Shown here one piece after another: positions 18,084 through 29,231 of a stretch of DNA of 64,000 bases. Every line of letters starts with the position of its first letter. Positions within the stretch are counted from its first letter, which is position 1. Source of the stretch: a virus (Duplodnaviria; Caudoviricetes); IMG/VR virus record IMGVR_UViG_3300028805_000101, positions 1 through 64,000 of that record, one strand, 5' to 3'. The notes under the pieces were generated by a model that was given only the letters and a program-made list of their open reading frames with translations, ran no database searches and was not told the DNA's origin. Position numbers and translations under genes: made by a program.

Positions 18084-18249
18084 TCAAAATAGAACAATGA
18101 AACAAATTATAGCAATTAGTAAGATACCCAATGAAAGCATTCCTTCAATAAAACATTGTCTTTCCCAACGTTTCAGATCTTCTTGATATTCTGCTTTTGA
18201 TTTTGGGTCATTAAGATTATATGGAGCATGTCTCCATTCAGGTACTTGT

Positions 18250-18645
18250 TTAGCCATTTGGTCTCCTCCAAATCATTTGATTTTCTTCTTGTTCAACAAA
18301 GCCAAGTTTTTCATAGAATAACCTACTTTCCGGCAAAGTGCTTAATGTAATTTCATCATAGTCTTCTTTAAACTTATTTAATAGTCTTCTACCATTATTG
18401 TTCAATCTAAGTTTCTTATGGACTTCCAAAGAGAATATATGAATTTTCTTATTGTCAATTTCACGATATATTACTATTGCCGTTGTATAAGGAATTTCTT
18501 GATCTTTAAATTCTCTAACAACAATCATCCAAGACGAAAGTTCATAATGATTCTTTGAACACATATCTGTAGTCAATGGATAATTTTCTTTATCCAATTG
18601 TTCAAAGAATTCTTTCGTGTACTGTTTTTCCTCATACCATCTCAT
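18250..18645 (-). CDS. GNAT-family acetyltransferase
   Basis: LEVHKKLRLNNNGRRLL (acetyl-CoA loop-like) and FYEKLGF. Confidence 0.75.
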   Translation of the reverse strand: MRWYEEKQYTKEFFEQLDKENYPLTTDMCSKNHYELSSWMIVVREFKDQEIPYTTAIVIYREIDNKKIHIFSLEVHKKLRLNNNGRRLLNKFKEDYDEITLSTLPESRLFYEKLGFVEQEENQMIWRRPNG

Positions 18646-18986
18646 TCAAAATCCTTTTTAAACTTATATTTGTTCCATTCAACATTTGCTTCTTTAACTA
18701 TTTTCTGTACATGGCTCAGTTTTTCTTCCATTTCTTTTTCTGTCATTATTTCATCAGTATCACCTATTTCAATTCTATCTGGTATCAGTGATATAGTATT
18801 GCATATATTAACTTCTTCTTCATCTTTCAACAAATATATAAAACTATATTCATTACCAGTCGCTTGTAATCTAAGATATCCAGCTAAATGATAACCATAA
18901 GCACTTACCCATGCACAAGGTTCTTTTTTAACATAAAAACCATATTTTTCTACAATAGATTTAAATCTTTCATCAGATATTTTCAT
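18642..18986 (-). CDS. DF-tail family small protein
   Basis: C-terminus KYKFKKDFE. Confidence 0.65.
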   Translation of the reverse strand: MKISDERFKSIVEKYGFYVKKEPCAWVSAYGYHLAGYLRLQATGNEYSFIYLLKDEEEVNICNTISLIPDRIEIGDTDEIMTEKEMEEKLSHVQKIVKEANVEWNKYKFKKDFE

Positions 18987-18987
18987 A

Positions 18988-19299
18988 CTAATCTACAGAA
19001 TACCAAATGTCTATATGGTGCAATTTCAATTCTATTTCTTCTTTTTTAACCTTCTCAGTCAACATATCTATTTCTTTCAGTGATACATTTCTAAATTTTA
19101 TATCTTTTAAAACCTTATCCAAATTATTGTATATTGTGACTTCTCTAAAAGTTATGAAATCCCAAAAGAAAGATTGTGTTTTAACCTGAATCCAAAAATT
19201 AACATTGACTTCAAATTGGTGTTCGTTACAAGAAACTACTTTTATTGGCTTTACTGAATTGACAACATTCTTAACTTTATATTTGTAAAATGGTTTCAT
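18988..19299 (-). CDS. hypothetical protein
   Basis: ORF track. Confidence 0.55.
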   Translation of the reverse strand: MKPFYKYKVKNVVNSVKPIKVVSCNEHQFEVNVNFWIQVKTQSFFWDFITFREVTIYNNLDKVLKDIKFRNVSLKEIDMLTEKVKKEEIELKLHHIDIWYSVD

Positions 19300-19430
19300 A
19301 TCATAAAATGAAGAATATGATAAACAACATTAAAAATACAGCCGGTGATATTGAACCATTGGCGGCCAATATACCAAGAATTATTAGCAACAAACAGCCA
19401 TAGCTTTTTCTATCAACATTCATATTTAAA

Positions 19431-19459
19431 AATATAATTTAAATGTTAAAGTTTGTCAA
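19431..19459 (-). promoter_or_regulatory. early promoter TTGACA-N17-TATATT
   Basis: consensus. Confidence 0.7.
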
Positions 19460-19460
19460 A

Positions 19461-19490
19461 TAAAAAGAGGTGGTATATTTCAACCACCTC
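19461..19490 (-). terminator. intrinsic terminator GAGGTGGT-TGAAATAT-ACCACCTC-TTTTT
   Basis: 8-bp stem plus U tract after the 19517 gene. Confidence 0.85.
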
Positions 19491-19516
19491 AAATTTCGTT
19501 CACACTACACTACCAA

Positions 19517-20341
19517 TTAAAGGTAGAGAAGATCTTCCTTCATATCATTAATCTTCTTAATGATTTCGTTAATGTACTTGCCATCCATGATATTCAGGTT
19601 GTAGTCAAACTTGTCCTGAATACCCTTCGGGAAGTGCTTAATGATTGTTGCCTTGCGGTCAGCCATAGAGTATGCAGCGACAACCTTGCCACCCTTGGTA
19701 ATGTAGCGGAAGGACTTCCAATCATAGAACGGAATGGTCGGATCAAATTCTTCAAAAATCTGAGCCATCTTGCGGAACACTTCCAGGTGCTTTTCGTCCT
19801 TCGTCTTGTAAATGCGGTTCGTCTTCAGATGTTCGGAGGAACCCTTCACATAGACATTGAGCGGAGCAAGAACCTTCTTGTCCGTGATGACATGGTTATA
19901 AAGGTTAAAACCAATGGTCTTGGACTTATCCCAGACCATCTGAATCTTATGCTTCATGAGAAGATTTTCCTCAACCTTACCCATCTTTTCCACATATTCG
20001 GCATTCTTAACCATTCGGTGACTATTCATCACCTTCTTGCTAAGGGAAAGAATATCCTGCATGACCTTTTCCTTGTTTTCGCGGTAGGCATCAGCACCAA
20101 CCACATACATAAAATCCTTGGAAGTAGTCACCTTGCCATTCTTATGACCAAGATAACGATACACGCGAATGTTCTTCTTTGCATTCTTAATGCAGAAATT
20201 GTGCTTGATAAGCCAAGCCTGAAGGTCATTTGCCTCGTCAGTAGAAAGCGGTTCCACACAGGTACGAGTACGAACCTTCGGTTCAGCAACAGCAGTTTCG
20301 GCGACAGTGTTAGTGGTGCTGGTGTTGGTGGTCATAGTCAT
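19517..20341 (-). CDS. hypothetical Lys-rich early protein
   Basis: own promoter, SD and terminator; biased codon usage. Confidence 0.75.
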   Translation of the reverse strand: MTMTTNTSTTNTVAETAVAEPKVRTRTCVEPLSTDEANDLQAWLIKHNFCIKNAKKNIRVYRYLGHKNGKVTTSKDFMYVVGADAYRENKEKVMQDILSLSKKVMNSHRMVKNAEYVEKMGKVEENLLMKHKIQMVWDKSKTIGFNLYNHVITDKKVLAPLNVYVKGSSEHLKTNRIYKTKDEKHLEVFRKMAQIFEEFDPTIPFYDWKSFRYITKGGKVVAAYSMADRKATIIKHFPKGIQDKFDYNLNIMDGKYINEIIKKINDMKEDLLYL

Positions 20342-20407
20342 ATTTTACCTCTTGTTTTAGTTGTTAATTGTTTATGAATGCACAATCACATTCAATTTCT
20401 AAGATAA

Positions 20408-20436
20408 AATATAGAAACTTAACATATACTTGTCAA
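20408..20436 (-). promoter_or_regulatory. early promoter TTGACA-N17-TATATT with CTTAG block
   Basis: consensus; TTTACAT 18 nt upstream. Confidence 0.8.
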
Positions 20437-20464
20437 TAGAACTTATTAAAAAATATGTAAAAAA

Positions 20465-20881
20465 TTATTTACAGTAATAAGTGTAATAATCATCTATTGT
20501 AAGTTCAATTTCTTTTTCTATTTCTGCGACTGACCAAACATGTGCTTCAAATGTTCCATAATAACAAATATATCCTGTATATCTACTGTAATCAGTACAA
20601 TGTCCGTAATCCCAGCCAAATATTATTGAATTTTTTGGCTTAATATCCATAGTTGCAATTTCTGTATTGCAAAATGTTAGTCCACCATTACAATGATTAA
20701 ATTCTTGATAATCATCGTATGATATACTTTGATTTTTTAGTTTTAGATGTTCTTTTGGAATTACAATATATGCCAACGGACACAATCGTCCTCTAACAAT
20801 ATACCACTGTATATTCCGATATACACCTTGCTTTGCTATGCCAGGTTCATCACCATATAATATTTTAGTCGGTTCATTCAT
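20465..20881 (-). CDS. conserved phage hypothetical protein (GGLTF...FGWDYGH)
   Basis: motif recalled from widespread phage proteins. Confidence 0.7.
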   Translation of the reverse strand: MNEPTKILYGDEPGIAKQGVYRNIQWYIVRGRLCPLAYIVIPKEHLKLKNQSISYDDYQEFNHCNGGLTFCNTEIATMDIKPKNSIIFGWDYGHCTDYSRYTGYICYYGTFEAHVWSVAEIEKEIELTIDDYYTYYCK

Positions 20882-21047
20882 TTATAACCTTCTTTATTTC
20901 TAAGTCCCAGTAAAATAATACAAGATGTTTATCTTCAACCACTATAATTGTTTGTATTCTAGTCTGTGGTATATTGTTTTCATTCACAAATCTAGTCAAT
21001 TCTTCTCTGGTGAAGAAATATTTACTTTTCAGGATCTGTTTTTCCAT
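20874..21047 (-). CDS. hypothetical protein
   Basis: start re-called at MEKQ. Confidence 0.55.
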   Translation of the reverse strand: MEKQILKSKYFFTREELTRFVNENNIPQTRIQTIIVVEDKHLVLFYWDLEIKKVINE

Positions 21048-21234
21048 CTTGTTTTCTCCTTTCAATTTCTGCTTTAAATTCTGGTGTATCACAAATCATT
21101 TTTGCTTGACCCAATAGTTGAACTAGATTATTTAGCAATATATCTGCCATTGTCTGTTCTTCTACATTTTCAGAATTATCTCTTAATATGTTCAATCGTT
21201 TAATAGTTGACTGCAATTCATCTAGACTAATCAT
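21022..21234 (-). CDS. hypothetical protein
   Basis: ORF track. Confidence 0.55.
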   Translation of the reverse strand: MISLDELQSTIKRLNILRDNSENVEEQTMADILLNNLVQLLGQAKMICDTPEFKAEIERRKQDGKTDPEK

Positions 21235-21587
21235 AGTTGCTCCTTAAAGTCTTTTTCAATCTGTTTCTTTTTATATTTTTGTTTTAGTTCTTTAACTCGC
21301 TTGTTAATATAAATCAATTCTTCAATTACATGTTTTTCATCTATTGCTGGTATATGTTTTCCAGTTTCCCAATCAGGATTTGTACTAACAACATTTCCTT
21401 TACTATCCAATTTTAATTTTAATGGAAATATTATTCTATCATGAGCCAGATCATACATTACATCAGCTTCTACATTACTTGATAAAGTACCTTCATATAA
21501 GGTGTAATGTGCTCTAGCATCAGGCATCTGTCTAAGACACGGACAATATTCAGACACCATTTTTTCAAATTTTCTAAATTTAATCAT
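21231..21587 (-). CDS. DF-tail family small protein
   Basis: C-terminus KKKQIEKDFKEQL. Confidence 0.65.
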   Translation of the reverse strand: MIKFRKFEKMVSEYCPCLRQMPDARAHYTLYEGTLSSNVEADVMYDLAHDRIIFPLKLKLDSKGNVVSTNPDWETGKHIPAIDEKHVIEELIYINKRVKELKQKYKKKQIEKDFKEQL

Positions 21588-21909
21588 TTTTAAAATCTTT
21601 ATCTATGGTTTCTTTCTTATCCATAATATCCATTATCTTAAATACCCTTTGCTGAATATCATCAAATATTGTATGAAATGCTTCAGAACTTTGTAAATGT
21701 TTTACTTTGATTCCACTCAATACCATTTCACTAAATAAAGCATTTTCAACAAGTTTTTGATACAATGATTTATTTAAGTTTACATATTCATTCAAAGACA
21801 AATGTTTATGTTTTTCTGGATAATGTAGATAATGCCAGTTCATACACATTATTTTAAACTTTGATTCTAGATATTTAAACATCGGTGTATCTTCTAAATT
21901 CATAGACAT
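21580..21909 (-). CDS. DF-tail family small protein
   Basis: C-terminus KKETIDKDFKND. Confidence 0.6.
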   Translation of the reverse strand: MSMNLEDTPMFKYLESKFKIMCMNWHYLHYPEKHKHLSLNEYVNLNKSLYQKLVENALFSEMVLSGIKVKHLQSSEAFHTIFDDIQQRVFKIMDIMDKKETIDKDFKND

Positions 21910-22447
21910 AATTCATTACCTTCGGAACATATTGTCTAGTTTGTGTAGGAATACTATCTTGAGACAAATAACCATTTAGATATTTCTTATACTTATTGGC
22001 TCCACCATTACCACCATTATAACCGGCAGCAATCAGTTCATAACTCCCATATTTTCTTTTTAGATGTGCCAAATATGCTACTCCAATCTCTATATTTGTT
22101 TCAATATCATATAGGTCAATATAATCAATTTCATATTTTTTGGCAATAGATTTAGCAGTCTTTGGCATTATCTGCATTAGTCCAATTGCACCACAATATG
22201 ATTTTGCATATACATTGAAGCGACTTTCAGCCGAAATTACTCCCAATGTGAAATGAAAATCTATATCATATTTTTCAGATTCTTGATATACAATGGTGCT
22301 TATTTCAAAAGCATCTGTATATTCAATCTTCTTGTTAATATTTTGGATTATTTCGGAACCTTTTGAAATCATGTATAGTTCTTCAAAACCATGATGCCCA
22401 AAAGATAAACTTATTAAAAATAGAATACTAATTATTATGTTTTTCAT
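21875..22447 (-). CDS. lytic transglycosylase (SLT domain) with N-terminal signal anchor
   Basis: AESRF, GLMQI, NIEIG..YL, AGYNGG motifs. Confidence 0.92.
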   Translation of the reverse strand: MKNIIISILFLISLSFGHHGFEELYMISKGSEIIQNINKKIEYTDAFEISTIVYQESEKYDIDFHFTLGVISAESRFNVYAKSYCGAIGLMQIMPKTAKSIAKKYEIDYIDLYDIETNIEIGVAYLAHLKRKYGSYELIAAGYNGGNGGANKYKKYLNGYLSQDSIPTQTRQYVPKVMNYVYEFRRYTDV

Positions 22448-22467
22448 AGCAGGCAAATATAAAAATT

Positions 22468-23217
22468 TTATGTATTTATTTCAACATTAAATTTCACACA
22501 GTCTGTATATTTTAATTTACCGCCAAATATATCAAGTGCTGAACCAATGGTTAAATCTATCTTACCTTTTGATATTTCATTCACCAAATATAAGTCAGAA
22601 ATATCTCTAGCACCGCCTGCATAAGTAGTCTTTATTGGACTATATTCTGATAAGAACTTTATAAGTTCAATATCCATACCATTCTGTTTTCCTTCTACAT
22701 CGCAAGCATGTATAAGAAATTCATCGCAGTAATGAGATAGTATGTTCAATAATTCAGGTGTTAGTATGATATTGCTTTTATCTTTCCAATATTTCAACAA
22801 TATATTTCTATCTGAATTACAACTTAAATCTATTACTATATGTTCTTTTCCAATCTTACTTGATATAAGTATCAAATCACTCAAATCAAATTTACCATTT
22901 GGAAATAATAGACTTGTTATGATTACATGACTGGCACCAGCATTTATATATTCTTCAGCATTGTCTAATGTAATTCCACCACCAATCTGTAAAGCATTTG
23001 GATATGATTCAAGCGCAGCTTTCGCCACGCTCGAATTTTCTCCACCCAACATAATTATATGTCCACCAGTTAGTCTGTCTTTCTTATATAGATTGGCATA
23101 CCATACAGGTGATTTATCAGTTTCAAAATTGACCTCGGTCTTGCTAGATAATGTAGAACCAACAATCTGTTTTACTTTACCATTATGGAGATCTATGCAA
23201 GGCCGAAATATAGTCAT
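22468..23217 (-). CDS. hisA: ProFAR isomerase (HisA), His6/eukaryote-like subfamily
   Basis: FRPCIDLHNGKVKQIVG, GGHIIMLG, LQIGGGIT, GASHVI, EFLIHACDVEG, TYAGG, DLTIGSALDIFGG. Confidence 0.92.
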   Translation of the reverse strand: MTIFRPCIDLHNGKVKQIVGSTLSSKTEVNFETDKSPVWYANLYKKDRLTGGHIIMLGGENSSVAKAALESYPNALQIGGGITLDNAEEYINAGASHVIITSLLFPNGKFDLSDLILISSKIGKEHIVIDLSCNSDRNILLKYWKDKSNIILTPELLNILSHYCDEFLIHACDVEGKQNGMDIELIKFLSEYSPIKTTYAGGARDISDLYLVNEISKGKIDLTIGSALDIFGGKLKYTDCVKFNVEINT

Positions 23218-23218
23218 A

Positions 23219-24901
<1,683 letters not shown>

Positions 24902-24905
24902 TTAA

Positions 24906-25367
24906 TTAGCCATCAATGGTAATCTGTCTAGGTTTTGCTTCTTCTTTCGTTTTAAATCTGATAGTCAGCAAACCATTGACAAGTGAAGATTTTGGTTCAT
25001 CAACATTCAATGTAGAAGGCAACCATATACGAGCATCCAAATCAGCAAGATTTTTAATCTTACGAATTGTATAGACTCGTTTTTCTTCAGCTTTCTTCTG
25101 TTCTTCCGATTTTTCAGGAACATTTGACTTGATGTAAAGATATGTCTGACCATTTTCAGTCTTAATGGTCATATCAATATCTTCCTTCTTCAAACCAACT
25201 GCTGCAATCTCAATTACCTGAGTACCATCTTCTTCCTTGTAGATATTCATAGGAATATAGACCTTCTCGGTAATTCTATTGACAAGATTGTTTGAGGAAT
25301 TAAATGTAGATTCTAATGCACTAGCAACGGAATCAAAATCAGAAAATAATTGACCATAATTTATCAT
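24906..25367 (-). CDS. small heat-shock protein (Hsp20 / alpha-crystallin domain)
   Basis: PMNIY...IEIAAVGLKKEDI...NGLLTIRF...PRQITI. Confidence 0.85.
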   Translation of the reverse strand: MINYGQLFSDFDSVASALESTFNSSNNLVNRITEKVYIPMNIYKEEDGTQVIEIAAVGLKKEDIDMTIKTENGQTYLYIKSNVPEKSEEQKKAEEKRVYTIRKIKNLADLDARIWLPSTLNVDEPKSSLVNGLLTIRFKTKEEAKPRQITIDG

Positions 25368-25529
25368 ATTATTTTTATCCTGTGTCCTTTAAAAAGTAAC
25401 ACGAACATACCTACGAAAATATAAACTTATTGCCATTCGGTCAATAAGAAGTCGCATACCGTAGAAATATGCGACATTTTTAATTGTTCAGTAATATAAT
25501 TTTATACTACTGAACAAAATGTTTTTGAC

Positions 25530-25745
25530 TTAGACACCCATTGCTTTAATGAATGTTGCTAAGTCTTCCAATGCACGAAGATAACCTTGGTTATAAGCAG
25601 CATTCAACTGATACTGTGGAGTAGCCTTGTCACCTGTTGGTGCATGCTTCTTGACTTCATCAGTCTTCTGTGGAATGTATTGCTTAATGGCTCTAAGAGC
25701 ATTGGAAAGAATATCTTCACCATTTATTGTATCATACTGGTTCAT
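25530..25745 (-). CDS. hypothetical protein
   Basis: ORF track. Confidence 0.6.
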   Translation of the reverse strand: MNQYDTINGEDILSNALRAIKQYIPQKTDEVKKHAPTGDKATPQYQLNAAYNQGYLRALEDLATFIKAMGV

Positions 25746-25834
25746 TTTTCACCTCACTTAAATTTGATTAAACAAATATAATATTTTCATATTTCTATAT
25801 GTATATATAATAGTTTTATTTTTAAGTTTAAACT

Positions 25835-27166
25835 TTAATGTTTAAGAAATGCACAATATCCAAGATATGCTGCATAAACATCATCTCTATGAGTTATTTC
25901 CATTGGAGAATGCATATTCAACACAGGAACACCAGCATCCAATACATTTATGTTAAGTCTACATACGATAGAAGCGATAGTTCCGCCACCACCGACATCA
26001 ACTTTACCCATAGTATCAAACTGATATGGAACCTTTTCTGTATTCAATACATTTCTAATATATGCTATATATTCAGGATTAGCATCAGCTCCACCAGACT
26101 TACCTCTACCACCATTGTATTTTGATAGAACAAATCCTTTACCAAGCTTGGATGTTTCTTCAAAATTTGCTACATCTTCATATTGTGGGTCAAATGCAGC
26201 AGTAACATCTGAACTTAACATATTTGTATCATATAAAATAGTTGCAAATTCCAATCTATCATTCACACCACTAACAGCATAAAGAACATCTTCCAACCAT
26301 CTAGATTCAGAACCAGTTGCACATATAGAACCAACTTCTTCTTTATCTATTAGTACACAACCACAAGTCCTATGTGGTATTTCCTTCATATCCAATAATG
26401 CTTGTAATGAAGTATATGCACAGACTCTATCATCCTGACCATAACCTGCGATTAGTGTTTTATCCAATCCACACCAGCGAGCATTGCCAGCAGGAACAAC
26501 TTCTAGTTCAGCAGAACAAAAGTCTTCTTCAACGAATTTGTCAGCATATTTTTCACGAATAATTGAAAGGATATTCTTCTTAAGTTGTTCATTTTCTTCA
26601 GTTGAATTTGGGTCACTACCAATTATCAAATCAAGTTTTTCACCAGATATGAAGTCAGATGCTTTCTTTTCATCCAATTTTCTATCCAAATGCGGCAATA
26701 AGTCAGAAATACAGAATATTGGGTCATTCTGGTCTTCACCAATTTCAATATTCAAAGCAGTTCCATCAGTGAAACAAATCTTGCCATGAATAGCCAAAGG
26801 ACGAGTAATCCACTGATATTTCTTAATTCCACCATAGTATTGTGTATCAAAGTATGCTACACCTTGTTTTTCATATAATGGATTAGTCTTTATATCAAGT
26901 CTAGGCGAATCAACATGAGCACCCAATAAGTTTAAACCACTATTTCCAAATTCATTACCAATAATAAAAGCTGCAAAATTCTTATCCTTATTCACAAAAT
27001 AAACTTTATCGCCAATTTGTAAAGTTCTATTTTGTGCTTTAATTTCTTTCATGGTTAGAAAACCATTAAAACGAGCCTTTACAATGGCATCACTAATACA
27101 TTCTCGTTCAGTCTTATTAGCCGAAATATAGCTGATATAATTTGATCCGAATACTTTTGAATCCAT
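25835..27166 (-). CDS. M18-family (aspartyl) aminopeptidase
   Basis: GAHVDSPRL, YYGGIKKYQW, QDDR, EEVGS, SSDVTAAFDP, GGGTI, MHSPME; start re-called at MDSK. Confidence 0.93.
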   Translation of the reverse strand: MDSKVFGSNYISYISANKTERECISDAIVKARFNGFLTMKEIKAQNRTLQIGDKVYFVNKDKNFAAFIIGNEFGNSGLNLLGAHVDSPRLDIKTNPLYEKQGVAYFDTQYYGGIKKYQWITRPLAIHGKICFTDGTALNIEIGEDQNDPIFCISDLLPHLDRKLDEKKASDFISGEKLDLIIGSDPNSTEENEQLKKNILSIIREKYADKFVEEDFCSAELEVVPAGNARWCGLDKTLIAGYGQDDRVCAYTSLQALLDMKEIPHRTCGCVLIDKEEVGSICATGSESRWLEDVLYAVSGVNDRLEFATILYDTNMLSSDVTAAFDPQYEDVANFEETSKLGKGFVLSKYNGGRGKSGGADANPEYIAYIRNVLNTEKVPYQFDTMGKVDVGGGGTIASIVCRLNINVLDAGVPVLNMHSPMEITHRDDVYAAYLGYCAFLKH

Positions 27167-27194
27167 TTTTATATTCTCCAATTTGAGATAACAA

Positions 27195-27230
27195 AAAATA
27201 AAAATTGTGGCTGATATTTCAACCACAAAA
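27195..27230 (-). terminator. terminator-like hairpin containing TGAAATAT
   Basis: TTGTGGTTG-AAATAT-CAGCCACAA followed by T-rich tract. Confidence 0.65.
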
Positions 27231-27256
27231 TGAAAAATAAAGTTTACAATTATGCT

Positions 27257-27436
27257 TTACTCAGCATAAATTGACTCTATGTGAATTGATTTTAAGTTTA
27301 TGTCTTTGATTTTAGATAGTCTAGCGTGAGCATTTGATATTGCTTCTTTAACATCTTTAGCTTGAACTAGATGATTCATCTGACAATCATCATTCCATAA
27401 AGTGCGATATGTTATACTTAATACATAAGTTTTCAT
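27257..27436 (-). CDS. 59-aa hypothetical protein (not in ORF track)
   Basis: manual translation MKTYVLSITYRTLW...IESIYAE; ATGA overlap. Confidence 0.6.
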   Translation of the reverse strand: MKTYVLSITYRTLWNDDCQMNHLVQAKDVKEAISNAHARLSKIKDINLKSIHIESIYAE

Positions 27437-27903
27437 ATCAAATCCTTAATGGATTTCTTCAGACCATCAGATAATTCTTCAATTGAATCATAATCATTGT
27501 TTGGAAAGTGCATGCCTATGCCGAGAACAACAAAATCACCACTATCAAATAATGGTTTAATCTTACCAATCCAAATCACAGATGCCGTATCATTTGAAGT
27601 CACGAAAGCATAATCATCTCTAGATGGGTCATCTTTAGTTAATCTTTCTTCTTTCGTAATATTCAATCCAGAATCTATAATTGCTTGTCTGACTATGGAT
27701 AATTCTTCATCTGAAAAATTATAAGCATCATCACGAACACAAAGGTCCTGTATTCTACCCAATAGAAGATTACAATTCAATTCTTCTTCAGACATTGAAT
27801 TTACTTTGTCAATGGCATCTTGTAGTTTGTTAGAATCGTATATTTCAGGATGTTCTTTGACTTCCTTCTTCAAATATACAATAGTTGTTTCGGCTAAAGT
27901 CAT
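27433..27903 (-). CDS. hypothetical protein
   Basis: ORF track. Confidence 0.6.
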   Translation of the reverse strand: MTLAETTIVYLKKEVKEHPEIYDSNKLQDAIDKVNSMSEEELNCNLLLGRIQDLCVRDDAYNFSDEELSIVRQAIIDSGLNITKEERLTKDDPSRDDYAFVTSNDTASVIWIGKIKPLFDSGDFVVLGIGMHFPNNDYDSIEELSDGLKKSIKDLI

Positions 27904-27905
27904 GA

Positions 27906-28298
27906 TTATCTCCTATCATGTGATTTTTCATCAACAGCATAATTGTGGATAATCTGTGTAATATCATTTACGATAGATACACCACTAGCACCAAGTTCCT
28001 TTGCCGTTTCTGTCTTGCTAAACTGGTTTACCAATTCAATTCCAGCAACCATATATACAGCCTTTTCAGATGGTGTAATTGCTGCTATTGTAGAAAATAC
28101 AATAACTAAGACAAAACATATAATTCCTGTTCTACGCTGGAATGGTCTATGTGCATCTTTAGTATCAGAATCAAATGCACATAGCATAAAGACTCCACCA
28201 ATCACGGCTGCAACGCATGCTAGTAATATAAAAGCCACTCTAATGCCATTACATATACCAGCACCTAGAACAATCCAACTTAATGTTGAAAGACCCAT
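27906..28298 (-). CDS. phage membrane protein
   Basis: 2-3 TM helices then TPSEKAVYMVAG. Confidence 0.65.
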   Translation of the reverse strand: MGLSTLSWIVLGAGICNGIRVAFILLACVAAVIGGVFMLCAFDSDTKDAHRPFQRRTGIICFVLVIVFSTIAAITPSEKAVYMVAGIELVNQFSKTETAKELGASGVSIVNDITQIIHNYAVDEKSHDRR

Positions 28299-28312
28299 TG
28301 ATTACTCCTTTT

Positions 28313-29077
28313 TTATAATGCACCGGCATTATCAAGTTCATGGATATAGTTAGGTAAAAGTGGATTAGTCGGTTCAAATGCAGGAACACGAATCATTTCT
28401 GTTTTAAACTTATTGGCTTTGTATTTTCCAATAATCAAGTCATAATTAGGTCCCTTGATACCTTTACGAATAAGGTCATTGATTTCCTTGTATGTGCAAC
28501 CAATACCATCTTCATCAGTCTTTCCACACAATCCATCGCTTGGAGTCTTATGAACCAAATCATAAGGAAGACCAAGGTCATCACCAATTGCACAAACTTC
28601 TTCAGTTGTCAATCTAGACAATGGACTAAAGTCTCCAGCACTATCACCATAGATAGTTGCCCAGCCAACAGTGTCTTCAGATAGATTACATGTATTTGCC
28701 ACACGGCCACCAATGTTCTGTGCCACACCATATAGAACAGTCATTCTCAGACGAGGCGGCATGTTCATTTCTGCCTGACTACTAATATTTTTTTCATTGA
28801 TCTGATTTACGAGATTATAGTAAGCATACTGAATATTAACCACCAATCCCTTAATGCCAAGATAATCAATGATTTTTTCAGAATCCTTAATGTCGCTTTG
28901 AACACCATTGGGCATCATTACGCCAATTACATTTTCTTTTCCAAGTGCCTGAACACAAAGACCAGCAACAACAGTGGAATCCTTACCACCACTAATGCCA
29001 ATTACAGCCTTCCGTCCATTAGTTTCCTTGAAATACTTTTTAATCCATTCAATGCAGTCAGTTGTGAGTTTATTCAT
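28313..29077 (-). CDS. nadE: NH3-dependent NAD+ synthetase
   Basis: GISGGKDST PP-loop, N..PRLRMTVLY, NLSE..VGWAT.YGD, PSDGL...TDE. Confidence 0.95.
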   Translation of the reverse strand: MNKLTTDCIEWIKKYFKETNGRKAVIGISGGKDSTVVAGLCVQALGKENVIGVMMPNGVQSDIKDSEKIIDYLGIKGLVVNIQYAYYNLVNQINEKNISSQAEMNMPPRLRMTVLYGVAQNIGGRVANTCNLSEDTVGWATIYGDSAGDFSPLSRLTTEEVCAIGDDLGLPYDLVHKTPSDGLCGKTDEDGIGCTYKEINDLIRKGIKGPNYDLIIGKYKANKFKTEMIRVPAFEPTNPLLPNYIHELDNAGAL

Positions 29078-29087
29078 TTTGTTTCCT

Positions 29088-29231
29088 TTATGCCAGATAA
29101 GCGAATACTAATCCACCATTCAATGATGCCAGTATAATCATCAAAATTGTCATCCATTTTGGTACATTATCTTTAGTAATGATTGCGGTTAGAGCACTGA
29201 AAATTCCCGCGAAGACATTTAGACTAACCAT
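29088..29231 (-). CDS. 47-aa 2-TM peptide between pncA and nadE (not in ORF track)
   Basis: manual translation MVSLNVFAGIFSALTAIITKDNVPKWMTILMIILASLNGGLVFAYLA. Confidence 0.55.
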   Translation of the reverse strand: MVSLNVFAGIFSALTAIITKDNVPKWMTILMIILASLNGGLVFAYLA

